From positions 1 to 63,771 of the IMG/VR virus record IMGVR_UViG_3300027741_000060: a stretch of DNA of 63,771 bases. One strand, written 5' to 3'. This document shows positions 26,723 through 38,700 of the stretch, in pieces. Source of the stretch: a virus. Lineage: Duplodnaviria > Caudoviricetes. Under the pieces are notes generated by a model, which was not told where the DNA came from, ran no database searches, and worked only from the letters and a program-made list of their open reading frames with translations. Made by a program: the position numbers and the translations under genes. Position 1 is the first letter of the stretch. The number at the start of each line of letters is the position of its first letter.

Positions 26723-29700
26723 TCAATTGCCGCACAAAAACCTTGCTGCTGGAGTGTCAGTATCTTGCAGGGCAACTCCGTTGCTGGCAGTGCCCTCGCC
26801 GGGTGCATACCATGTGACGCCTTGGCGTACCAGAATGGCAACTTCTACTCCTGCAGGAGGTGCTGTGTCGAATTCCACAGTTACCGGAGCATCTGCAATC
26901 ACTTCGAATCCAGTCAACAAGCGTGTGCCGCCCAAGTAAACTTCCACAGCCAAGTTCAATGAAGTACTGTCACCTGTATCCAAGTCAATGGTTTGGGCCA
27001 CAAATATTTTGGTAACACCGTCTCCGAGATTCTCTCCAGACACCAGCGGATAAGTGATGTTGCTGAGCACACGATCTTGGTACTGGGATGCCAACAAATT
27101 GCCACGACTCATGTCATACACTGCAGAGCCTGCGGCATGATCTGCTGCGCCTGTACCGCCGGTGCCTCTACGCAGGCTAGTGATGGTGTTGGTCACAGTG
27201 TCTCGCACACGATACATGATGCGCTCGCCCTGAATTGTGAGCACGCCCCAACTGTTGCCAGATTCAGACAAGTCAGGCTCAGTCAGTGCGCTGGCATTTT
27301 TCACATGTATTACATCATCTGTGGCCAATAAATCTTGAGTCAATTCTGTACTGGTATTGACTGTGATGCGATAGATTTCCTGAACACCGCGCATGTCTTG
27401 GAAAATACGGAATGCCATGGCCTCGGGCACTGTACTATTGGTAAATTCAGAGACGACAACAGTATCTGTGGGTTTTAGAATCCGGCCACTCAACAACACA
27501 ATTTCGTTGCCCACCAAATCAAAGTCTTGATTGGGGTACAGTTTCAGTCCATTCAGTGTAACCCACAGTCGGTCTGGATTTTCAACTGGCTGATCCAACA
27601 GCAGCTGATTCACTGTTACAATTTCGCCTGCAGCATAGTCAAAACTGCCGGGTTCGTCAACCACATCACCGGTGTCAAAGTCAGTGGTATCATATGCTTC
27701 TTGAACAACTTGGTTGATTGTGGTTGCACCCACATATACCTGTGTCAAAATGTCTTGCTGGCGTGTGTCATTCCAGGTTGTGACCGAAACAATGTCTCCG
27801 GCAAGTGGCGTCAGACCACTGCCGGGAACAAACTGCAGTTGACCGCTGGCAATGTAGGCTTGTGCACCTGTGGTCACATATATTTTTACACTTTCGCCTG
27901 AGCTGGGCGGATCTACAAAGATCACTTCTCTAGGTGTTTCACCATCCCAGGATTCAACACCATAGTCTACATTGAGTATCTGTGGTATGTCATTGACATA
28001 AACTCGCACATCAACATCTGGAATTGTACCTTGACTGATGCCTATTCTAGTGGGCAATTGATAGCCCACGCTGCCATCTGCTAGATAAGCCACACCAGCC
28101 GATGATCTAGCACGGCGACCATTCACTGTGATCACAGCCGTGTCGGGATTGCTGTAGATCAAGCTGTTGGTCAAGGTATAAGACATTTCTCCTGCACTCA
28201 CAAACTGTTGAGTTTGCGGAGCACTCCAGTTGTAGGCTGTGGTAGTGTCTCCCACAACTGTGGCGCCAACGGCCACAATCAGCACAAAATCAGTGTCAGC
28301 AATACCCGGAGTGTCAAACACAACCAGGGTGGTGTTGGATTGCGCTTGCTCATAGCTGTAGCCCATGATTATGTTGCCATTGACAAAAATTGCCAGGTCC
28401 TGTATCAAGCTGTACTGTACCGGAATAGTCACAGACTCACCTATGTCACTGCCGACATAGGTCTGTTTGAACAGTTGATTGCCGCCACCCAGTTCATACA
28501 CCAGGATAGCAACAATATCACCTACTGCAACTCTGCTGGAAATTGTGACTTCTTGTGCCAACCAGTTGATTGAATAGTCGTGATTCTGATTCAAATCCAA
28601 GCCAGATGTTTGGTTGGATACTATAATTTGTGCAGGGTATGGCAACACATCAGCAAAACTCACCACAGGTGCGGTGCTGTCAGCAACAAATTTTGTGATG
28701 CCGGTGCGGAAGCCATGTCCATTGCCGGTCCAGTCAGATCCAGGAGCAGTGTACACACGCAAATCAAGCGTATCAAACTCGCTGCCGGGAATCAGCTCTT
28801 CGGGTGCATGGCTGGAATAGGTGTCAACATAGCCACCACCTTCAACATTGACATCGGTGTATCTAGTGCCCAGGTAAAGATCCAAATACGAACTCTGATA
28901 ACGAGCATCCAGCAAGCCCAGGTAGAATGTGGGTGTTCCGTCGGGTTCATAGGAAAGATTGGTAAACGGGAAGGAGTCAAAGCCCACAGCATCAAATCCC
29001 GGACGAATATCAAAATTCACACCCTGTACTTGCACGCCGGGATATTCCACACCGTCAATCAGGAGTGGCAAGCTCAAGCCAGGTTGATTCACTGCAGGAA
29101 CATACAATCCCATGGTTCGATCCACACCACTCAGTGTGGCTGGATCCACCAACTGCCAGTTAGAGGGATCAAACGAATCTGATTCAACTGTGCCCACAGC
29201 CGACCACACACGATTTACATAACGAACTTGCGTGCTATCAGTATATGTGACTCCGGGTTCCCAATCAACTATGGTGGTTTCATATTGATATCGGTCATAA
29301 CGAATTGTGGTACGGAACGATCTCACAAGATCATTGCCCATCACAGCTGATGCGCGAGCACTGGATCCGTTGCCGCCTGAGAAAGTGATCACTGCTGTGG
29401 TACTGTAACCTGCACCAGGAGATACTATATTAATGCGATACACACGACCAGCCGAGTCAACGGTGGCAGTCATTTCGGCTGGTTCTGTACAATCACCTGT
29501 CACCGTGACCACAGGAGGTTCAGTATACCCTGATCCGCCATCGGTAATCACCACATCCTGAATGCTCAACAAGTAGTTGTTGTACCACTGATCCCAGGGT
29601 GTTTGAGTCCACAATGTGGCAGAAGCTGAAGTATCTGCTGTGTCACTGGGAGTACCTGTGCCAGTGGCTGTGCTCACAGTATATGGTAACAAAATAGGAC

Positions 29701-32700
29701 TCACATACTGTGGTATGGTCAAATTGTTGTTGTAGTAGGCTGGTACATCAAAGTCTGAGATGTTGCCAGCATACACATCTTGGCCATTGTAGTTGAGATT
29801 GAATTCTCGCACCTGCACATGGTATGGTTTGACTTCTTGAAGATAATCCAGCACAAATGTTTGATTGTCTTGACTGTAAATCTGATAAGGTTCAAGACTT
29901 CTAACGCGATGATCAACATCAATCAAACTGGTCTTAACCAACCACTCGGGCGCTGAGAATTCACTCAGCACAAAATCAAACACCAACATCAAGGTACGAT
30001 TGCGTTCAATCAACAAGTCATCTACAAACAGTTCTTGGTTGATGGCTTGGATGATTCTGCGAGTTTCAATCACAGGCTCTTGGTCAAAATACTGGGCATC
30101 AAACACTTCGGCATCAAAGCCAAAACGACCCACACCGTAATCCCATAGTTCTTTGCTGAACTCAATGGTTCCGTCTTCGAGCCCCACGCGATCCCATCCT
30201 GTGACCGTGCGTTGATAAATTTCAAATTTGTTCTGTGAGTTGGCTGTGACACGCACACTGGCACCCACTGGTACATTCAGTGTGGCCAGAGCTGCATAGT
30301 TGGCAACTTCTGCCACAGGGTTTACTGTGCTGTTGTAGCCAGGTTGATACCAGTTGATGTAACTCCAGTACAAAGCAGTGTCATAGTTCTGCACTCGTGT
30401 CAGTGTCAATTCATTTTGTGCGGCGCCACTTACTACTTGATAAATGGTCCACAAACCGTTGTTGTCAGCATCAGTTGCTACCAAATATTTCCAACCCGGA
30501 TTCACCAAGGCAAGATTTTGATACGACAATTCAGTCAAGTCGACTACTCGTTGATTCCAAGCGCCCGACGCTGTGCTGGGCTCAGGCTCACGACTGTTCA
30601 AAAGATCAAACTTGCGAATTTCTGTTATGGGATAATTTTTCAACACAGCATTTGCTCTACCCAGGTAGTTTTCTAAGGCTGCAAAACGATCCACAAACAT
30701 GCTTTGTCGTGGACGGAATTCAACCCCATATCGTTCAGCTGGACTTAGACCCGGATCAGGCACAGGTGCACCAGAAGAATTTACGCCGCAAAAACTGTCT
30801 TGTAGCTTGAGATAGAGATTGCTGCTGAGGAAACTGTCGGCTCGGCCTTGAGCAATCAATTCATACTCAATGTGTACATTGGCGTCGTTGGCTTCGCGAT
30901 CATATTCAACATGCAGTATGGTTTCGGTTGCGGATATCAGATCCAACACATTGTAGATGGCCACGGTGCTGGCATCCAGCGGTGCCATGTAAGCAATGCC
31001 GCTGCCACGAGGATTTTCAATATAGCTGGCAATGGCCGAGGTACTGAGACGCTTGTTGGCCACAGTATTGACTGTGGTGATATTTCTCACCCAGAAATAG
31101 TACAATGTGGCAATCACACCATTGCTGCCAATTTCAGCTCGAGTGGTGTAAGAGATCAAACTAAATGGTGTGCCAGGACCGGTGTAGTTGGCAGGCGGCT
31201 GTGTGCTTTCAATCCACTGATAGATGTCCACTCTGCTGCCCGGAAACACTTGCCCCCAGCGACGGCTGGCATACACCGTGTCATCTTGGTTGGGGTCAAT
31301 GAATCGCACATTGTTGGTATCCCACCAAATCTCGCCCACATGATCCCGGGACCAAGGTTGGCCAATGTTGTGCACCGAACCTTGATTGTATCTAGCCGGG
31401 TCCACAGCACCAGTGTAGTCAATGTTTTCCTGAGCCACACCCAAGATTTTGCCCTGCAAGGGATTGAAAAAATCCAAGTAGCTAGTAACTGTGCTAGCCA
31501 GCTTGTTGTACATGAACACTGAATTCAACAGGGCAACATCTACCACAGGTTGCTGCTGATGTTTCACCGTCCAAGCTGCGGTTCCTGTGGTGTTGTTGAA
31601 CACACTGACCGTGCCATAGTTGACAGGTTCTGTGGCAGGATCATTGCCGGGTGCGCCCACCAGCAGTCGACCAGTCACATAGTTGACCGAGTCACCAAAT
31701 CTGTCTTGATCAGCCAGAGTGGAAGTATATATCTGTTGGCCAAACACAAACATGCCGGGATCAGCGGCTGAGTCTGCTGCACTAGGCAAGTAGTCATAGG
31801 TATAAACAACACCACTGCCCACAATAGGAGAGAAGTAAGTGGTACTGTGTTCGTCAAAGTAGGTGTTGCCCGAATCAAAATCCATGGGCTCGTACACATT
31901 GCCACGCGGTGCACCCACTACCAAGGTCAATGCTGTGGTGTTGACTGTGACCGAGGATCCAAATTCAGCATAGGCCACTGGTAACGGACTAACAATAGTT
32001 TGTGTGTACACAAAGGTCGCAAACCCCAGGTCATCAAACGCAGTTCCTGATGCACCCGGTAACACAGTGAGCTTGTTGAATGATTCAGCAGCAGCGGAAT
32101 TCTTGACCGACAGTGTCATGCGACCCGATACCACTGTGACTGTTTGGTTAGCCGGTGGTGCTGCAAAGAACACAATCTGCTGAGTGCTATTGTCGTACAC
32201 ATAGTCTGTGTTGTTGATCTGCAGATTTTGCCCCACATAGACCACAGGTGTATATGAAGCAGCAGCAGAATAGATATTGCCAACATCAAATGTTTGTGTG
32301 ATTCCGTCGGCTGTGAATTTCACATTTCTAGTCGGAGTAGCTACCACATTGGGTATACCACTGTTGTTGATAGCGTTAATCAATCCGGCAATGTTGGTGT
32401 CAGGAGCTGCCGGTACTGCCACAGGATAGTTGTTGATTCTCACAACATCCCCAGCAACCAGGGTTGGATTGGCCACCTGAGAAACTGTGACACCATACAC
32501 TCTAGACTGATTTACTCTGCGTTCCACGCTGCCGGCTTGCACCAACACTGAACCATCTGTGGGTGCGCCAACATAGATGCTGCAGTTGTAAGGACACATG
32601 TCCACGGCTGCACCATAACTGGCTTCGTCGAATTGAACATGAGACGAAAATTCTTCAACCAGAGAGAACTGATTGCTTTCAATGTCTAATGCATCGCCCG

Positions 32701-35700
32701 GAGAGAGGCTCACTGAGCTTGACAACACAATGTTGTTGCCCACCACAGAAAACTCTCCGCCGATGTAACTGGCCGAATTGGTTAGATAACGATTGTTCAA
32801 CAATACTGCTACCGGGGCACGCCACTCTGCAGGAATAGCATAGGTGGTTTGGTCTACATCAGTTATTTGATATCTTGTGACATATCGATCAAACACATAG
32901 GCAGATCCTGACTCAACCGAACCCACTGTGGCTCCGGGAGCACCAACAACAATTTGTCGTCCATCTGTGGTAACAGAGAGAGACTGACCAAACTCAGCAT
33001 CGGCATCTAGACCGGGCACACTGATTGTGTCTATGTATTTGAAATAGGTATTGACTGTGGCTGTGATGCTGGTGTCAACTGCAGGTGCAGAATTAAACAC
33101 CACTTGTGAATCTTCATCAACCACATAGTCAATACCAGGTCTCTGCAACACACTATTCACTGACAACAAAAATGATTCTACGCCGTCGATACCGTACAAG
33201 TATGGAGAGAAAGAAAATGTCACAGTTGATCCGTCACCTGTGAAACTGTGATCCATTCTTCTGGTTATTGTCAACAGTTGTTGTGCTTGAGGTGGGATGG
33301 TGAACACCACTGCACCTGTGGACAGATTCACTGTGTAGTCCACATCCAGTGCATAGACAACATCATTGATAGCAACCGTTAATTGATCGGGCTGGTCAAT
33401 CATGATGCTGTTACTGTAGTTGTAACCTTTTACACCAGTGGTGGTGTATGTTACACTTTGATCTTCAACATCTACTCTGCCATAGGCATACACTCGATTG
33501 GCACCAGGCGCCGACACATACATCCAGCGTTCGTCTTGACTGACGGCAACTGCTGTGCCAAATCCACGAACAGAAAAATCTCCATCAGGAACAGTCAACA
33601 ACTGTGTGATATCGTAGGCATTGGATATTTGAGAGAACTTGATCACTGTGGCATAACCCATGCCCGACGCACTGGCGGGCGCACCTGCCACAGCCCAGAC
33701 TTGATGGCCGAACTCCACCGAGGCACCATAGTTTACTGTGTCTACAGCCGAAAGTTCCAAGATGGCTGTTTGTGTGTATGCAGTGTCTTGATTGCCGCCA
33801 TACCCATACACCGCGCCGCGGCTGCTGTTGTAACCAGGTGCACCAATTAGTGCCCCAGCATTGTTGTAGGCTTGTGCAACCGCAGAACCAAAGTTGGTAT
33901 TTTCACTCACGATGCCGGTTATGAGATCAGCACCGGTTGTGAACGGTTGTTGTTTTTCCAGCACTTGCCAGTGACCGGCACCATCATTGTCTACCCATGC
34001 TCGGGCACCGGATCTCAATTCTGTAGCATAGGGCAAGGCAGCAACATCGCTGGCTTGTTTTACACGCATGGTCTGCAGGAAGAAACCAATGCCTTGACCT
34101 TCAATAATGTGTTGTTTGGAACGACCAAAGTCGTATGCAATGGTCAGTACATTGGGCGCAGAGTCGTCCATATTCAACACACGATACACGCCGTTCACTG
34201 CCGAATCAAAATACTTGATTACCAACAAGTCACCGCGCTTGAGACCATGTGCTTGGGTGAATACCACTTGACTGGTACCATTCAAATTGTCTGAAATTGC
34301 ACCAATGAAGCCGGGTGTTTTGTTGGCACGGTAGATATCCCAGTCATAGTTGTTGACCTTGGCCACCCAGATTCTTGTGCCAATACCAATGTTGCCAATG
34401 TTCTGTGACAGGTTTGTGGGATCATCTAAAGAGAACATGGTTATGTCAACGTCATTGAAGTTGACATAACCTGCTGTGGGCAGCGCCACATCAGTCACCT
34501 GTGTGTATGTGGTAGGCAAGATGTCTGTGGATGTGATTTTAAAACTCTGTCTCCAAAGATCACTCAGGAACACAGTTTGGTTGGCCAGACTTGATTCACC
34601 CGGATTGATCACTTGAATGGTAGCAGGATCTGACTGCAAGTCAGCTGCGTTCAATTTCAGTTCAAAGAAGCTGCGGTTGGCGTTGGCACCATAGGTACCA
34701 CGCTTGACTGCCCAATTTTCATAGATGTTGTATTCAGCAGTTTCTTTGCCAAGATTGGCACCGGTGAATATCTCTGCTGCACGAATAGTGCCTTTGTCTG
34801 CAATAAATTGTTGATAGAGATTTACCTGACTCACATCATCAAGATTCAAGTCTGTCATGTACTGTCTCGGCCTGAAACCAATCAAGCCATAGCTGAGCAA
34901 GTCATTGTCACTTTCAAGATTGGCTCGTTGTGTGTCATAGCTGTTGGCCAACTGATCAGCTTTGTTGGCAATGTTAGGCAACAGCCCGCGTTGAATTCTA
35001 GCATAGTCACTCTTGAACCAGTCATTGTAGTCAAATTCCAATTTGGGCTGCACAATGCCCTGTGCTGACCAGTAGTTGTTTTTGTACAGCACAATCTCGC
35101 CACGAGCATATCGACGATTTGGCTGCCAGGGCTTGACATTGTCTTGATTGAGCACAAACCCTTGTGCATCCAAGGTACCATTCCAATCTGTGGAAGTGGC
35201 TGCCACCAAGTTGATACGACTTTGTCTGGCGCCAGTTGTGGGGTTGTAGATCAAGTCATTGAAAATACTCACATTGTCTAGCACCACCAGATGTTCATAA
35301 TTGGTGAATCTTAACTGTATGTAAGCAATGCTGGACGAAGTGGTGCTGGTAATGCTGAAGAAATTGCCCAGGCGTTCAATCACAAGATCTCTAGCATTGA
35401 CTGGCAATCGGTTTTGATCAATTACCAGGTTCTCGGGATTCTGGAACTGTATGCTGTCAATCACAGCACCTGCACGTGTAGCTTCCAGTCTTGTGGCCAC
35501 AGGATTAAGGTTGATTACGCTGCCCGTGGCCCAGCCCTGATTAGCCCAGTACAAAAATTCCCGGGCCATTTGTTGCCAGTCCAGAGTATAACCGTTTTCT
35601 CTAGTGGTGAATGTCAGGCCTTGTGAGGTCAAATACTCGCCATAACACAACAAGAAATCCGCTACAGCAGTTTGATTTGCAAAGTTGAATCCGTAGGGAA

Positions 35701-38700
35701 CTTGAACTATGTTGTCATAGTATTGTCGTGGCACTCGAACTGTGCTGCCCCCGGCGCTGATGGTTTGTAACTGTCCATTGCTGCGACTGGCAAAGATATT
35801 GAAATAAGGGTCAGTGGTGCTGTAACCCAACACAGCATAGCCAGTGTCGGTGCTCTGCACAATCACAGCACTGTAGTTGACATAGGCAAACGGTACATTT
35901 TTGTACAAGCTGAGATTGTAGCTTTCGTCAGGCAACAACAAACTGCTGTTTTGACTGTCAGGACTGGATCTTTCGGCATATACCTTCATGTACTGCTTGT
36001 CAGAGAAAGAGGCCATTCTGTAACACAGTCTCACATCCAGACTGGCCAACTGAGCTTGCAATGCTGAAGTACTGTTGATTCCCAGCTGTTGATTGTAGTC
36101 CACAATCCAGTTGATGTAACTAGCCTTGCTGACGCCATTGCCGTAGACTTCGATGCCTGAAGCATCTAAACGGTATCTATTGTTATACAAGTATTGACCA
36201 AAATCAGTGTTGTAACGATACAGGTCGCGATCAGCAAACAACGAGAAAAATTCAGCTGGACGAGTCAGTGACAACAAACGCATCACAGCAAATGGATAGG
36301 AGGAACTGGTCCACCAAGCAGCTTCTACAGGACCGCCATCACCTACCACCCAGCTCTTGCGCCACACATTGGGATCGTATTGTCCTACCACAGAGTCTAG
36401 TGGTGGCAACAGTTCTCCTTCGGTGCCCACAGGGATATAGTACTGCAGATTGGGTCGAACATACTCAGGGCGAACACGGAATCCAGACGGATCGGCCACA
36501 AGGCCCTGGGCTAGGTCGTCCCACAACACCAAGTTGTCCGAAGTGTAGGGTGCCGGACCATAACGATTTTCCCACCAGCTGGGTTGTTCGGTAAATCCCA
36601 GCATTTCCCAGGGAGTGAGATTGGGACTCAGGGTGTCATAAAAATATCTGTAGATGCCGCGCCAAGCGCCCAGCAAGGGTTGATTGTTAAGTCGGTCACC
36701 TGCGGCACTGTAGTTGTAGGTAAAAGCGTTGTTGGCCACATAGTCCTGACTCCGGTAGTCTAGCTTGTTCCAACCCACCCAGGTCAAGAAACTTTCAGAC
36801 AGTATGCCAGTTATTTCTGCAGCCGAATAGTCAGTGGTGCGGAAATAGCCTGGCAACACTTCAGCAATGGTGAGCGGCACTGGATTGTTTTGAGTCTTGA
36901 GGTTGTTGTAGATTCTCAACTCAAATTCCAGCAGCACACTATCTCGCACATCGCCGAAAGCCACTGTGACGGATCCGTCATGACCTTGAATCACTGGTGT
37001 GGGATTCACATAGTTGGGATCCACAAAAATTCTTGGACGCCAAGCTGGATACAAGCCCAGCTTGGTAGGAGTGTTGGGCACATAGTTGCCGGCTGTGTTG
37101 GCATATTCTCTGATGCTGACCACATCGCCCACACGCAGTGGGATCAGGATGGTGAGTCTTGGGCCATTTTCAGCTACCACATATTCAGTGTTGATGGCCA
37201 ACATGCGATCATTAACCCACACCAACAAGGCCCGGTAGTTGGCTGTGTCAAAATCATAGGTTTGAACTGTGTCAAATGTGGCAGTTGATATAGCAGTAAC
37301 AGTGTATTTGTTTGTGGTTGACCTCACACCAGCAGGCAACATGTCACTCCAATAAAAAGAGTTTGTGTCATTTTTGCCGGTGCCAAGCTCAGTAACTACA
37401 GCATCCAGGATGTCAGATGGAGTGTCGTTGATCCACTCGCCTGACACCACGGCTTGTAACATGCGAGATTTGAATTTGGTGTATTCACGATCGTTGAATG
37501 CTAGAGATTTGAATATGTCATAGGCCTGGTCACGCATGAAGAAGCCGGCCAAGGTCATGGGCGAACTCTGCTGCAGAATCTGCAGACCATAAGGAACAAT
37601 ATTGCCCAGGTCTCGGGAGTTGTTGGCACCGTTAATGGGACCAGTCAACCCTATTAAATTTTCGCCAATGGTTTCATAGTGACTGCGTGCTGTGCCCAAA
37701 GTAAACACCGGGCTGTTGGCATTGAACGGATTGTTTTCAAGATTCACAGGAACTTGATAGAATCCCTGAGCACTGACTTGATCACTCAATACCGCAACTT
37801 CTATTACTGCACCCGGAGCATACGCTTGATTCAGCACAATAGTGGTTGTGGCAGCGGTAGTGGTCACAGTGTATCGATCCGGAGACTGGAACTGTGAACC
37901 CACATACAACAATACCGCAGGTATGGCGGAATTTTCAGCCACTGGCACATCTAGTCTAAGCGGAGTACCATCATAGGCAAATTGAAACTGCTGACGAACC
38001 AGGCTCTTGGTCACAGCAGTTTGCCACCCTGTCAACTGAGAAAATTCAACGCGATTGCTGTATTGTCTTGCAAAACCCATGCTGATGTTTTCTGTAACAC
38101 CAGCACTGTTGCTCACATACACAAAAGTGTCGGTGTAGAGATTGTTGTCAAACACAATGTCACCGATGTTGCTGAGACTGAGGTAACGCAACGGAAAACC
38201 CAGCACAGGATCAATTGTGCCAGCACCCACAGCGTAACTGAAAAGTTTGGTACCGGTAAATGTGCTGCTGAAATATTTTTCACGATTGGCCAGGCTTGTA
38301 CCTGTGCTGTCGTAGATGTCAAACAAGGGCGCTTGATTGACAGAATTCTTTTGCTGTGCTTGGATCCAGTCCACACCATCAAAGTAAAATGTAGTTCCTT
38401 GCAATGTCAAGCCGTCTAGGCACAATACTGTTTGATCAATCGTGACCTCGGCATCTGCAGCCGGAACCAAATTGATAATGGGTTGTGTGATTACAGGGGG
38501 TTCAGTGTCAGGCGAGATAAAAGTCACTTGATAGATTTTGTTTCGTACCTGAGGATCTTGGTCTGCGGCAAAAATCACTCGAGTCCCGGAACGGAATTGG
38601 TAACCGTCAACTCCGTACCCAGTGGTGCCATTGACAGTGCTAAATGCATCAGTTACACCAAAGTCAATGATGTCAATGGGTTGCTTGGCTTGGGTTCCAG